A stretch of DNA of 64,000 nt, taken from Okamejei kenojei (lineage: Eukaryota). Positions 12,640-26,071 of the stretch are shown here, in pieces. The stretch covers positions 27,528,001 through 27,592,000 of the forward strand of contig CM069157.1 in assembly GCA_035221665.1 (NCBI GenBank), read 5' to 3'. The notes under the pieces are model-generated. The model did not search any database. It had not been told where the DNA came from and was given only the letters and a program-made list of their open reading frames with translations. Made by a program: the position numbers and the translations under genes. The first letter of the stretch is position 1. The number at the start of each line of letters is the position of its first letter.

Positions 12640-12945
12640 AATTATGAGAGGCCTCCATAGGGTAGACAGTCACAACCTTTTCCCCAGGGTGGAAATGTCC
12701 AACATTGGAGGGCATAGTATATACTGTACACAGTGTGGTGAGTGCCTGGAACACACTCTGAGGGGTGGTGGTAGTGGAGGCAGATATGATAATGGTGTTT
12801 AAGATACATTTAGATCGGCACATGGATATGGAGGGAATGGAGGGATATGGATTATGTGCAGGCAGAGATGACTTTAACTTGGCATCATGTACAGCACGGA
12901 TATTGTGGGCCAAAGGGCCTGGTCCTGAGCTGTGCATTTTACGTC
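12640..12945 (+). mobile_element. CR1 LINE 3' end
   Basis: VVEAD..FKIHLDRHMD..GYG motif and CR1 tail. Confidence 0.7.
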
Positions 12946-14214
12946 CTATGTAATTTCTTATATATTTTGCGCAAGATTTCCTGCTGGTCACACATCATGC
13001 AGAATGAACTCCCGCCTTTCAGTGCCCAGACTGCTGCTTGCCATTGACCACCCATTTACACACATCCTAATCGATTCGCCTCACATTTTCATCAAGCCCG
13101 TTCAGATTCTACCGCTCACCCACGCACTAGGGAGAATTTACAGCAGCCCAGCTAACCCACCAACCCATGTGCTTTTTGGCGATTTGGAAGCCTGAGCGGC
13201 CAGTGAAAACCCACTCGGTGAGAATGTTTCCCCTCTTCCCCCTTCTAACCTTGTCGTGAGCTTGTCACCTTCTCAGAAATAGCCCAATGGACAACCTTCT
13301 CAGAATAGCCCAATGCTTCCAATCTACCTGTAACCTTAGCGCTGATATCTCTCGCCCCCTGAAGCAATATGACCATTTCACACTGTTAAATTACTCTCAG
13401 TGTGCAGAATTTGTGCTGGTCTCGTTACTTCTGCTACTTTATTTATTGCTAAAAGCATCAAAATGAGTGCCAGGATCAATGCCCCTTGGACTGGGCACTG
13501 AACACTCAGTTCCCGCAGTAAAGATTAAGTTACCTGACCAGCGATCCAGAAAGTTGGACTAATGACCCTAAACAAGTGAGGACAGATCCCACCACGGCAC
13601 AGAGTCTTAGAGAGTCATAGATTCATACGGCACGGAAACAGGGCCTTCGGCCCAACTTGCCCATGCTGACCAACATGCCCCATCTGCACAAGTCCCACTT
13701 CCCTCCAAATCTTTCCGTTCCAAATGTCTTTTACATTTCAAAGTCTGGAGAATTTTAATTCACTGAAGTAGCTGGGAATTATTTCAGAAAATGTTCGTAA
13801 CAGCGTCCATGAAAGAGTTGGATTGTCACAACATCCCAAAATGCAAACGATTCAGAAAGTGGCCTTCCCCTGCACGTTGCAACTCATTTTCCGAGCTGGA
13901 CACTTGCCAGTTCTGCTCAGCGCTCCTCTTATGTTTTGCTTTCATGTGCACTGTGTATCAGTAAATGGAAAGGCTGGGTTTTGAAGTCCAGATCTTATCT
14001 GATGGAGTCATGGAGTCTTAGAGCATCATATGGCCCAACTCATCCATGACAAACATGATGCACCATCTACGCAAGTACCATTTGCCCACATTTGCTCCGT
14101 ATTCTTCTACACTCTTCCTATACACGTGTTGTCAGAAAGCCTTGAGCTGGGAATGGGTAGTATTTATATCACCGTGAAATATCTCTGTTAAATCATGCTC
14201 ATAAGTTTGGTTCA

Positions 14215-14525
14215 GTTGTGAAAAAACAGCATGGAAACAGGCCCTTCGACCCTCCATCCATACTGACCATTGACCACTCATTCACATTAGGTCTATGTTA
14301 TCCCACTTTTGCATCCACTCACAACACACCAGCGGCTGTTTACAGAGCCCGGCTGTCCTACGAACCCGCATGTCTTGCGGTTGCGGGAGGAAACCAGAGC
14401 ACCCGGAGGTAACTCACTCAGTCACAGGGAGAACTCCGCACGGACAGCATCTGAGGGCAGGATGGAATCCGGGTCTGTGGTGCAGCGAGCCAGCAGCACT
14501 ACCCGCTGTGTCACTGCACTGCCCT
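14215..14525 (-). mobile_element. HE1-like SINE
   Basis: Head, core and tail similarity to the other copies. Confidence 0.75.
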
Positions 14526-14817
14526 TGGTGCTGTTGGGATGTCGCGCTCTGTTTATGTGGATTTGCAGTGTGGATTCTGTCTGTCTTATAACAGAAACCG
14601 CACTTGGAGTCTATATATGTCGCCAGAGTTTATACTGCTGCCTTTTAAGCTCCCAATAATAGCAGAGTTGACAGAGCATCAGAAGGCATTTGGATCTCAT
14701 TCTGACTTCCTGAACTATTGTGCCCTTTAAGAACGATCCAAAAGATCTGCCCACTTTATAACCGCTTCAGTGCCCCCTGGGACTTCGAAGCCAAAACACG
14801 GCGTGGAGCCAAAACAA

Positions 14818-15115
14818 GGGCGTCACGTTGGTGCAGCTGGTAGAGCTTCTGGCTCACGGCGCCAGAGACGCAGGCTCGATCCTGACTACGGGTGCTGTCT
14901 GTCGGGAGGTTGTACGTTCTCCCTGTGACAGCGTGTGTTTTCCCCGGGTGCTCCGGTTTCCTCCCACCTACAAAGACGTCCCGGTTTGTAGGTTAATTCG
15001 CTTCTGTTATATTGTAAATTGTCCCTGCTGTTTAGGATAGTGCTAGTGCATGGGATGATCGGGAACTGGGTGGGCCAAAGGGCCTGATTCTGTGCTGTAT
15101 CTCTAAAGTATAGCC
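14818..15115 (+). mobile_element. HE1-like SINE
   Basis: tggtgcagctggt (box A) ... ggctcgatcc (box B), core, tail. Confidence 0.85.
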
Positions 15116-15291
15116 TAAAATAGAATACCTGGTGGCTTAGGCACGTGCTGTTATGGAACTACATCACTACATGAAAACCGGAACATTTTGAATGATGCCT
15201 CCAGGCGTATCGGGACGTTTAGGCAGTTCACCTCCTCTCAGTAAATTAACTCCACCATTGCCCATGTTTCTCAGCAGAGCTGATGTGAGTA

Positions 15292-15611
15292 AAAGGCCTG
15301 TCCCACTTACACGACGTTTTCGGCGCCTGCCGGCACCCGTCATAGGTCGTCGCAGGTCGGCGAAAGTTTTCAGCATGTTGAAAATCAAGCGGCGACCAGA
15401 AAGACGCTGCGACTCTGTGGGCGACTGAGGAGACGACTCACGACAATACCGGCGACACACCATCGACATGTCACGGGATGAAGCCTGTATGGTTGTGACT
15501 GTTCTGGTCGCCGCTGGATTTTCAACATGTTGAACATTTCCGGCGACCTGCAAGGACCTATGACGGGTGCCGGCAGTCGCCGGAAAAGTCACGTAAGTGG
15601 GACAGGCCCGT
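15292..15611. mobile_element. MITE with AAGGGCCTGTCCCACTT TIRs (copy 2)
   Basis: aaaggcctgtcccacttac ... gtaagtgggacaggcccgt; long imperfect palindrome; same subfamily as 53607-53942. Confidence 0.9.
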
Positions 15612-15849
15612 TAGCACGGATCGCAGATACAAGCCGGGACCTTGTGTGACAATGTGACAAGTGGCCAACTCTCACTGGCACTCACGTGGGAAGTTATAAT
15701 CTTTGAAAATCAAAAAACAACTGCAGATGCAGGAAATCTATATTAAAAGCAGAAAATGTCAGGAACACTCATCAGCTCAGGACACACCTGTTGGAAGAGA
15801 AATACTAATTCAAATCTCTTTCCCACAATGATTCCCACGCTGGGCCCAG

Positions 15850-16460
15850 CACAGTGACGCAATCACAAAGAAAGCCCATCAGCGGCTTGCATTTCTCAGA
15901 AGATTGAAAGATTCCGTATGTCGACAAATACTCCCTTAAATCTCCACAGGTAGAGAGCGTATTGACTGATGCATCACGGTCAGCTTTGGCAACTCGAACA
16001 CCCAGGAACAAAGGAGATTACAGGAGAGGTGGACACTACCCGGTCCTGACCTCATCACCATCTACAGGAGCCGATGCCTCATCAAGGCAGCCAGCATCAT
16101 CAAAGACCCTCGCCATCCCCGGCCACAATCTCATCTCGCTCCTGCCACTGGGAAGAAGGGACAGGAGCACAAAACCTGTGACCACCAGGTTGGAGAACAG
16201 CTTGGTCCCAACAAACCTCAGGCTCTTGAACACTGCACAACGCTAACCTCAGCAACTCTGAATACATTGTGCCTTTGGTGGCACTAACGACTTCAGTTTT
16301 TGCAGTAATATTAGTTATTAATTTATTGATTTAAAAAAACAGATATTATCTGTTAGTATTGCATTTTACAGGCAAATGTTATGCTGCTGCAAGTAAGAAT
16401 GTTATAGTTCTGTTGTCTGCACATATGACAATTAAACACTTTTTACTTGACTCTTGAGAG
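15850..16460 (+). mobile_element. Rex1/Babar-like LINE 3' end
   Basis: VESVLT.CIT..FGN and HNLISLLPLGRRDRS..TTRLENS..RLLN motifs; CTCTTGA-type tail. Confidence 0.75.
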
Positions 16461-17174
16461 ATACAGCCTGATATATTTTATATTTTGCTTTATTTTTAAC
16501 CCACGGCACAAGATCTCGTCTGCCTGAGAAACGCTGAGCGTTTCGGGACTGTATATGATGCAGAGCAGAAAAACATAACTTGTCCCTAATCTCAATGTTA
16601 TTTCTGGTTCTCCCGGCATTCTTTGTGATGGTGTCATTGCTGCCTTCCGCCTCGTGCCCCATTATCAGTTCACCCCATTGCCACTGCCACTGGGGCGCGC
16701 CCACCACATTGGCACCGTAGATGAGGGCTGGGTGGGATTGCGATGCCCTCCCTCCGTGGAGATCCTTATCTAAGTCCATCGACCGGTCCCAGCTGTGGGG
16801 GGATTGAACCAAGTGGTGGGACTCGGTCTCTGAAGAGATCAAGGAATTTTTCCGAGTTTAACTAATGACTTCATTAGCTGAGCATTCCACTGAGTGCGAC
16901 ATCAATCTGGCGAGGGGATGAAAGGATGAGACAGTGCGCACCAGAGTTTAAATCTCACAATGTTATTATTTTAATGTCATCTGCTTCTTGTCAGTGAGTC
17001 TAGATAGCTGATTTCTCTCCAGCTTGATTTAAGGAGTAGTCCAACATAAATGATTACAAACTGAACGCATGGAGTACATCAAAGGCAGAGGCCTTGACTT
17101 GAACTGGGATAGGACGGACAACTGTGAGTGGCTGAAAAGCGAAACAGGAACAGAAAGTTGGAATGGGCAGGGCA

Positions 17175-17268
17175 CAGCTGTGAACATCTGTTGGCAGTGG
17201 TGGCCACTGGCAGCTGTGAACATCTGTAGACAGTGATGGCCACTAACAGCTGTGAACATCTGCAAATG
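17175..17268. repeat. 36-bp tandem repeat (~2.5 units) with CAGCTGtgaaCATCTG
   Basis: Units start at 17175, 17211 and 17247. Confidence 0.85.
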
Positions 17269-18714
17269 CCATCACGAGCTGCAGCCTCACGCTCTTCCGC
17301 CCAATTTGCTTTGATACTGAAAGGAAGAGCAGCCTGGTTGCATTGTCCGTCCGATAATACTCTCGGTGCTGTCCTCTCTGTGTGGTCTACTCTGTACACT
17401 CGTTAGCCCTCTGTGCATTCTCCTGTGTCTACACCCTTCCCCCTACCCTTTGTATGATCCCTGCTGTACATTCTCCTGTGTACAGACCCCCTGTCCCTTG
17501 TATGACCCCACCCCCCCCCCCTCCAATTATTTTCTCTCATTGCCAGAAGAATTAAATTGTTCCAAACATCCTGGAACTCAGTTGCTCCAATCCATCTCCT
17601 TCTCTTTCATTGGACCCCCTCCCCACAACCCCCCCCCCCCCCCCCCCCACAAACCCCCCCCCTCCCCACAACCCCCCCTCCCCCCCACTAGTTACTCTAC
17701 TTCCCTTGTCCCTCTCCAACGAAGATGAATCAGTGCAGACGTCTGACCATGGCCCTGCCAGACGTCTGTCCAGACAATGTTGTCGGGATCACGCAGGAGG
17801 CTGTCTCTTTGACCCACTGAGCTCATGCCTTTGCTCTTTGACCCACTGAGCTCAAGCCTCTTGTGAGAAGCAGTGGAGTTCCCAATTAACCCCATTCCCT
17901 GCCTCCTTCTCCCTGGCTCTGCAAAGCATCTCCCTCACGCATATCCGCCCAATCCTCTATGACAGCTACAAATGAACTTGCATCCGCCTCCCCCAAGGCA
18001 ATGACCTCCTGATCTGTAACTGTGAAGAGTGTGAAGAGTCGCTCCTCTTCTCTTCTTCCATTCTCTGACAGGTCGCAGTAAAACCTCAGCCTCCTGAGCC
18101 GCCTGCCTCAGGGATCAGTTCCACATTGTCTCCATCCCCTCCCACTCCTACAGGTCTCATCCCAGCTTATCCATTCTCGCCCTACATCCCTGGGACCACT
18201 CGTCATTGCTCATCTGGCTCTCCTCTGCCTCAGGGGAAGCCTGCTTGAATGCATGCAGTTGCATATGTACATGTGATATTGTCAGTTGTGTATAAGAAAG
18301 CAATGTTATAATGTTTATCCACACTTCAAATCTCCACTTCAAAGCAATAGTGAGCATAAAAGCAGGTGTTTAAGTTCAGCAGTTCCTTGTGGAATACTTT
18401 GAAATGATCAAAGGCCCATCATGTTATCGATGGGCTGGGGATATGACATTATGTAATACCAGTAGATGTTAACAACCTGGAACCTGCGTTGCCAGAAAGA
18501 ATCACATCGTCGTCAAATCTCAGAAGCTGTTTTATTTCTCCAGAGGTCAACCTTGTTAAAAGATGACGGGCCCATTGTAGGGTATAAAATCCTGCCAGTC
18601 CATTGTCAGGATAAGTGAGGCATCACCAGCTTCGAGCTCCCACCTGCGTTGCCCTTTCACAGGACGTGTGGTTCACATGCCTGGCAATAGACTTGAAAAA
18701 CAGAGTCTCTGTTT

Positions 18715-19300
18715 TCAAGAGTCAAGAGTGAAGAGAATCAAGAGTGTTTTATTGTCGGATGTCCCAGACAGAACGCTGAAATTCCTACTTGCGGCGGCAC
18801 AACACAATATGTAAACACAGTACACTGTAAACAATATAATAATTTAGAAAAAAAGGTTCAGTGTAGGTAAGAAATGCAGATGCTGGTTTAAAGCAAAGGT
18901 AGACACAAAATGTTGGAGTAACTCAACATTTGGGGAGAAGGAATGGGTGATGTTTCGGGTCGAGACCTGAATAAGTGTTTCGATCCGAAACATCACCCAT
19001 TCCTTCTCTCCAGAGATGCTGCCTGTCCCACTGAGTTACTCCAACATTTTGTGTCTACCTTATATACGCACATGCACATAAAAACAAACAATAATAGTGC
19101 AATAATAACAATAATAGTCTATGTAGTTCAGAGCTTCTTTGAGGTTGCAGTGTTTAATAGCCTAAGAAGCAGTTCCCGAAGCTGGACATTACAGTTTTCA
19201 GGGTCCTGTACCTTCTTCCCGATGGCAGGGGTGAAATGAGTGCGTGGCCTGGGTGATGTGGATCTCTGATGATGCTGGCTGCCTTTTTGAGGCAACGACT
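18715..19300 (-). mobile_element. Rex1/Babar-like 3' end, interrupted by a Penelope-derived palindrome (18865-19060)
   Basis: RCLKKAASIIRDPHHPGHALISPLPSGRRYRTLK; (TCAAGAG)n tail at 18715-18745. Confidence 0.75.
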
Positions 19301-19698
19301 CAAAAACTCAAAAATGATTTCAGCTTTGCCATGGGAGGAGATGATCAGATGGACCAAGGAAACTTGAGTCAAAGAAAGGTACAGCAGGGAAACAGGCCCT
19401 TCGGCCCAAAACATCCTCACTGAACATCAAACCTCCTTTAACACTAAGCCTACTCCAACCCTTCTTGTTCTCCACACATTCCCCTCAATTCCTTCCAGAT
19501 TCTACACCTGGCATTTTACAGTGGCTGATTAACTTTTAGTTCATTAATTTATTGTTATTATTCTCACGTGTACTGAGATACAGCGAAAAGCTTTTGTTTC
19601 TGTGCGACCCAGTCAAAGAAAAGACTCCACATGAGTACCTTCAAGCTGTCCACAGTGCAAAGAGAATGGATGAAGGGTTCAACAAGGGGTAAAGATAT

Positions 19699-19962
19699 CT
19701 TCTTCTTGCGTATGGCGTGCACAGCCAAAAGTTGTAGGTCAAGGGGAGACATCCAGGCCAGGACAGCATCAGTTACTGGGTGGATGGCTTTGATATCCCC
19801 AGAGAAAAGCCTCAGCGTGCAGTCATTCACGATGTGTGGGATGGTCTGGTCTGGATGTCCGCAGTTGCAAGCAGGGCTGTCTGTCATCCCCCACTTATGC
19901 AGGTGATGGGCTGTTCTCGTATGGAGGGTGCGGATTCTGTTCAGGGTTAGCCATTGCTTGCG
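19699..19962 (-). mobile_element. Vingi/Ingi-like (I-group) LINE 3' fragment
   Basis: RKQWLTLNRIRT..HLHKWGMTDSPACNCGHPDQTIPHIVNDC (CCHC knuckle); 3' end GCCATACGC(AAG)n; probable TSD gtaaagat(a/g)t at 19689-19698 / 20006-20015. Confidence 0.7.
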
Positions 19963-20019
19963 ACTGCGGACATCCCGATCTTTCTATCTTTACATCGCAA
20001 GCAATGTAAAGATGTAACG

Positions 20020-20750
20020 TGCATATGTTTGGGATTTGGGAGGTACCCGGAGCACCTGGAGGAAACCAACACGGTCACAGGGAGAACGTGCAAACTGCAC
20101 ACAGAGAGCAACTGAGGTCAGGATCAAACCCAGATGTCTGGCACTATGTGCTCACACTCCTGGAGCATGAGGGTGTGACCAGCCAGTGAGTTTCAGGCTT
20201 TAGAGATGCAGCACGGAAACAGGCCCTTGAGCCCACCTAGTCCGCGCCAACCAGCAATCGCCCCGTATACTAATACTATTCTACACACTACAGACATTTT
20301 TTATTAAAGCCATTTAATCTACAAACCTGTACGTCTTTGGAGTGTGGGAGGAAACGCTAGCACCCAGAGAAAATCCACGTGTTCACAGGGAGAACGTACA
20401 AACTCCATACAGGCAGCACCTGTGGTCAGGATCGAACCCGGGTCACTGCCGCTGTAAGGGAACAGACCCTTTGGCCCACAGACTCCACACCGACCATCGA
20501 TCACCCGTTCACACTAGTTCTATGTTATCGCACGTTTGCTTAAATACCTACACACTTGGGGCAATTTACAGAGATCAATTAACCAGCAAACCAGCACGTC
20601 TTTGGGATGTGGGTGGAAAGTGGAACACCTGGAGGAAACCCACGTGATCAGAGGAAAGGCGTGCAAACTCCACACAGACAGATCCCAAGGTCAGGATTGA
20701 ACCCGGGTACCTGACGCTGCGAGGCGGTGGCTCTGCCAGCTGTGCCACAA
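20020..20750 (-). mobile_element. Cluster of three HE1-like SINE copies/fragments
   Basis: The core GTGGGAGGAAACCGGAGCACC-like motif occurs three times. Confidence 0.75.
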
Positions 20751-21129
20751 TGTTATTGTCTTTGGAACGGAAAACATCTGAGGCCTCCTCCATGTGACAG
20801 TGGATGGGAGATAGACACAAAGTGCTGGAGTAACTCAGTGGGTCAGGCAGCCTCCCTGATGAAAAGGAATCGGTGACATTTCGAGCCGAGACCCTTCATC
20901 ACTGGAGGGGACATATGGCTGTGCGGAGGTGGCTGTCAAAAGCTGCTGATCTAAGCGGCAGCTATCGCTCACACGTGTGGAGCATTGGCTACAGATAATG
21001 CCTTGCATCAGTCGGCATCTCCTTGGTGATCCGCAGGCTCTGCGCTCCATGGCTCCTCACTGTGGTGGGCAACAGAACTGCAGTGCAAGGCTGTTGCGAA
21101 GGAACTGCGGATGCTGGTTGACACCGATG

Positions 21130-21690
21130 TGAGTCCAAGCGCAGGCTCAGCGATCATTTCACTGAACACTTCCGCTCAGTCCGTCTAAAGGTACCTGATC
21201 GCCCGGTTACTAAACACTTTAACTCCCCCTCCCATTCCCAATCTGACCTTTCTGTCCTGGACCTCCTCCATTGTCAGAGTGAGGCCCAATGCAAATTGGA
21301 GGAACCGCAACTCATATTTTACTTGGGTAGTTTACACCCCAGCAGTATGAATATTGATTTCTCTAACTTCAAGCAACCCTTGCTTTCCCTCTCTCTCCAT
21401 CCCTCCCCCATCCTAGTTCTCCGACTGGTTTTACTGTCCTCCTGATTAAATTTTACTGATCGTATGCCAGGTTGTCACCTCCCCGTCAGACAACATTTTA
21501 CATTCTCCTTGATCTTCGTCCTCTTTATCCTCATTTTCACACCTTACCCTTCCATATTTCTGTCTCCCTCTCCCCTGACTCTCAGTCTGAAGAAGCGTCT
21601 CAACCCGAAACGCCACTCATTCCTTCTCCCCAGAGATGCTGCCTGTCCCGCTGAGTTACTGCAGCACTTTGTGTCTATCTTCAGTGCAAG
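21130..21690 (+). mobile_element. Penelope 3' end/pLTR
   Basis: GIY-YIG C-terminal remnant, UTR, and CTGAAGAAGCGTCTCAACCCGAAACG motif at 21587. Confidence 0.85.
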
Positions 21691-21959
21691 ACTGTTGCTG
21701 GATTTGGCCCTTCACATTAGATAAGACAGAGGAGCAGAATTAGGCTATTTGGCCCATCGAGTCTCCACTTACTTGTGCAGACAGGAAAGCTTTCGATTTA
21801 CTGAGGTACTTAAAGCCTGGGCCATTGTAGTAATTCTCCATGCAAACCTTACTTCAGAGCTGGCACAAACCTCGCTCAAGTGAATCATTGAAAGTGGGAC
21901 AGGATCATTTTATCAAGGCTGAGATAATTGACCTACTGAGTCAGTGGCCGGAGTCAAGA

Positions 21960-22265
21960 TCATAAGTGATAGGCGCATCATGTCTACTCCACCATTCAAT
22001 CATGGCTGATCTATCTCTCCCCCTCAACCCCATTCTCCTGTCTTTACCCCGTAATCTTTGACAACCTTACTAATGAAGAACAGTTAATTCGCCGTTTTAA
22101 AAAAATGCAGTGACTTGGCCTCAATAGCCGTCTGTAGCAATGAATTCCACAGATGCACCACCTTCTGACTAAGGAAATTCCTCCTCAGCTTCATTCTGAA
22201 GGTCGGTCCTTTTATTGTGAGGCTGTGCCCTCTGGTCCTAGACATTCCCACTGGTGGAAACATCC
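21960..22265 (-). mobile_element. CR1 LINE 3' end
   Basis: Reverse complement of the family at 555-930 and 59755-60325. Confidence 0.75.
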
Positions 22266-22290
22266 CTCTGTGTGGTCTCTCTCCCGGTCA

Positions 22291-22378
22291 TACTGTGCCA
22301 GGGACGGCTCCTACTGTGCCAGGGACGGCTCCTACTGTGCCAGGAACGGCTCCTACTGTGCCAGGAACGGCTACTACT
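22291..22378. repeat. 21-bp tandem repeat x4 (tactgtgccagg(g/a)acggctcc)
   Basis: Directly visible. Confidence 0.9.
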
Positions 22379-22973
22379 AGTTTGGGGTCGGCTGGTTATT
22401 GCAGCTGCTTTGAAGTCAATACTCTGTTCCTGCACATGGTATCACATAGACCTCAAGAGCCCATTGAGTTCTGAAAGCACCAAGCAAGATGCTGCAGCTG
22501 GCATTTCATATAAATAAGCTGCCCTGTGTCTAATGATCCCATTGAATCGTGTAGGGTTGGGCTTGGGGAGGGGCATCTTTCTGCTGTTGGACACTTTCAC
22601 ATGCTTGGCTCTGTCGTTGGGAAAGTATTGGACTTGCTCCACTCCTCTCAACAACAAACCAGATCATACAGTCATACAGCATATAGTCAGGCCCTTCGGC
22701 CCACCGAGTCCACACTGACCATCAAACACCCATTAATTGTAATCCACACTGCGGTGTGTGTAATAGAAATGGTGTTACCTGCCTCCAAGTTACACAACAG
22801 TCTCTGTTGTATACCAGCACCACCGTGTTTAATTTCTCAAAATGCATCACTTTGTACTTATCTGAATTAAACTCCATCTGCCATTTCTTTGCCCACTCTT
22901 CCAGTTGAATTAGATTATGTTCTAATTTTAGATAACCTTCTATGGTGTCCACTACGCCACCAATGTTGGAGTT

Positions 22974-24335
22974 AAGGGCCTGTCCCACTTGGAGATTTTT
23001 TCGGCGACTGGCGGCGTCATTGACTGACGTAGCAGGGTCGCCAAAAGATTTTGAACGTTTCAAAATCCAGTGGCGACAAAGGAAATGTTGCAACACTTGA
23101 GGAGACAGCGCGCGTCAATACGTCGCCACCCCGCGACACACCGCATCGTGCCGCATCACGCCGCATCACCCCTCGTCACACCGCATCGTGCCGCATCACC
23201 CCGCGACACACCGCATCATGCCGCATCACCCCTCGTCACACCGCATCGTGCCGCATCACCCCTCGTCACGCCGCATCACCCCTCGTCACACCGCATCGTG
23301 CCGCATCACACCGCATCATGCCGCATCACCCCGCGACACACCGCATCGTGCCGCATCACACCGCATCATGCCGCATCACCCCTCGTCACACCGCATCGTG
23401 CCGCATCACACCGCATCATGCCGCATCACCCCGCGACACACCGCATCGTGCCGCATCACACCGCATCATGCCGCATCACCCCTCGTTACGTCGTATCGTG
23501 CCGCATCACCCCCGCATCGTGCCGCATCACCCCGCGTCACACCGCATCGTGCCGCATCACCCCTCGTCACACCGCATCGTGCCGCATCACCCCGCATCGT
23601 GCCGCATCACACCGCATCATGCCGCATCACCCCACGACACACCGCATCGTGCCGCATCGTGCCGCATCACCCCTCGACACACCGCATCGTGCCGCATCAC
23701 CCCACCAGACACACCGCATCGTGCCGCATCACCCCACGACACACCACATCGTGCCGCATCACCCCACGACACACCGCATCGTGGCGCATCGTGCCGCATC
23801 ACACCGCATCGTGGCGCATCACCCCGTGACACACCGCATCGTGGCGCATCGTGCCGCATCACACCGCATCGTGGCGCATCACCCCGTGACACACCGCATC
23901 GTGGCGCATCACCCCGTGACACACCGCATCGTGGCGCATCGTGCCGCATCACACCGCATCGTGGCGCATCACCCCGTGACACACCGCATCGTGGCGCATC
24001 GTGCCGCATCACACCGCATCGTGCCGCATCACCCCTCGTCACACCGCATCGTGCCGCATCGTGGCGCATCGTGCCGCATCACTCCACGACACACCGCATC
24101 GTGCCGCATCGTGCCGCGACACACCGCATCGTGGCGCATCACCCCTCGTCACACCGCATCACCCCGCATCACCCCTCGTCACACCGCATCACCCCGCATC
24201 ACCCCTCGTCACACCGCATCATGCCGCATCACCCCTCGTCACACCGCATCGTGCCGCGACTTTTTCAGTGCCATGATAAGTCAGACAATGATGCCGACAG
24301 TCGCTGAAAAAAATCGTCAAATGGGACAGGCCCTT
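22974..24335. mobile_element. MITE with AAGGGCCTGTCCCACTT TIRs (copy 3) carrying an internal minisatellite
   Basis: tt|aagggcctgtcccacttg ... caaatgggacaggccctt|aa. Confidence 0.9.
23125..24260. repeat. CpG-rich minisatellite of 10-bp modules (CCGCATCGTG/CCGCATCACC/CCTCGTCACA) in 20-50 bp higher-order units
   Basis: Directly visible; accounts for the stop-free ORFs in several frames. Confidence 0.95.
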
Positions 24336-25734
24336 AAGGGGTATCATGCGCCTGTACATTCTAAATATCACACCATACACCCATGAATCCTGTGGACATA
24401 TTGATTCAAGGATTTAATTTCCAACTATCAGTAAAAGGAAACTTTTTACAAGACACCCGTAATGTCCACAACTGTTGCTCATTGAACAGTGGATCAATGT
24501 GGAGGGCTTTGAGGCGAGCACGCTGCAGTGTTTGTGCTGCATTCACTATGGTACTGAGACTGCTGATGGCTACAATTCAGGGTGGCACTCAGTGTCATTG
24601 CTTGCTTACATCCACAACTGCATAGCTTGATATTGTGCTGTTTGCCAGTTGTTACGTTCTGTATTAGTCAGCACCAGAGCTCTCTGCTTCTTCTGTCTGT
24701 CTGAGATTATAACCCAAATCCACTCAACACCAGGTGGTAAACAAGCCTACAGGGTTATTTCTGCTGATACAGCAGAATATTTGTTAAAATGCTGAAATAA
24801 TTAAACAGAGCCAATTTTTAAAACTGCATTTTAACGCATCCTCTTGCAAAACCGTCTCCGTCCTTGCGCATATTGACAGTGCTTGACTCGAACGACATAA
24901 TAGAAGCATAATAGGAAGTAATTGAGGAGGTGGTTGAGGCAGGTACGGTAACAGCATGTAAGAGACACTTGGACAGGCACATGAATAGGAAAGGTTGAGA
25001 AGGATATGGGCCAAATTCAGGCATTGAGACGAGCGAAGATCGGGCATTTTGGTCGGCATGGTTGAGTTGGGCCGAATGACGGTATGACTCTATTAATGGA
25101 TAAGATCACATCAGATCAGATGGATTTCCCCACTAGGTGCATTTGTGGCAGAGCCGGTGTGATTGCTGTACTTTATCGCCCCTCTGGCAGGTGTTGCTGC
25201 CACACCAATCAGTCGCACATCACAAAGGGAAGGTAACCTTTCAAAAGTGCTAACTAGGAGTATTTCTCTTTCAGCACCTCTCGGTCCCACTGAAATTCAA
25301 TAAAGCACAACCAAGGGAAGAACTTAATTACATTTGAAACCAGACAAGTCAGAATTGGATTGATGAAAGCTTTTTTTTCCAACTGTACATAAAAGTGCTG
25401 CCTTTTCACAAATCCATGACTAATTTGTCTTATTTTCTTGTTAAGTCAGGCTTGTGTGCGAGTGGAAGTTGCTGTGGTTCACATTTTACTGGGATGCACA
25501 TGTTGGGTTGGAACTCTGAAGAGTGGCATTCTGAAAGCGACTCACAACAGGAGCACAGAGAGTTCTCTGCTCACCGTCCGCTAACCTGCACATCATTGCC
25601 AGTGGCCACTTCCCTCAGACAGCGTAACGGGCCACCATTGCTACGATGTATTGGCTTCTCCCAAGACTAGATTTAGAGAGCTTGGAGTTTACTTTACAGA
25701 AATGAAGCCCACTGATTCCGCACCGACCAATTTA

Positions 25735-25905
25735 CAGAAGCCATGTCTTTGGAGTGTGGGAGGAAACCGGAGCACCCAGGGAAAACCTATGTGGTCACGG
25801 GGAGAACGTACAAACTCCATGCAGACAGCACCCGCCCGTAGACAGGATCGAATCCGGGGTCTCTGGTGCTGTAAGGCAGCAACTCTACTGCTGCGCCACC
25901 GTGCC
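25735..25905 (-). mobile_element. HE1-like SINE, 5' half
   Basis: Head ggcacggtggcgcagc and core on the minus strand. Confidence 0.8.
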
Positions 25906-26071
25906 ACCTAGTAGTAATATTTGCAACAGCACATGGAGGACAGTTTCTTAACAGCGTTAAACTTCTATTATTTGGATTCAAATAAATGTAATTTTTGCTT
26001 GGCACAATATTCTGTTACAATTGAAGTCTCCCCAATAGTCCAGCTGAGCCTCGCTCATCTATAGTTTCATG

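Noticed and set aside
14818-14900. tRNA gene (also other box A/B heads)
   Set aside because: These are SINE heads continuing into core and LINE-derived tail, with no complete cloverleaf.
17175-17268. CRISPR-like repeat/spacer pattern (also 39843-39990 and 22291-22378)
   Set aside because: The 'spacers' resemble each other, there are no cas genes and the context is vertebrate; these are ordinary tandem repeats.
23051-24386. 418- and 438-aa ORFs
   Set aside because: They are translations of a stop-free minisatellite inside a MITE, open in several frames and on both strands.
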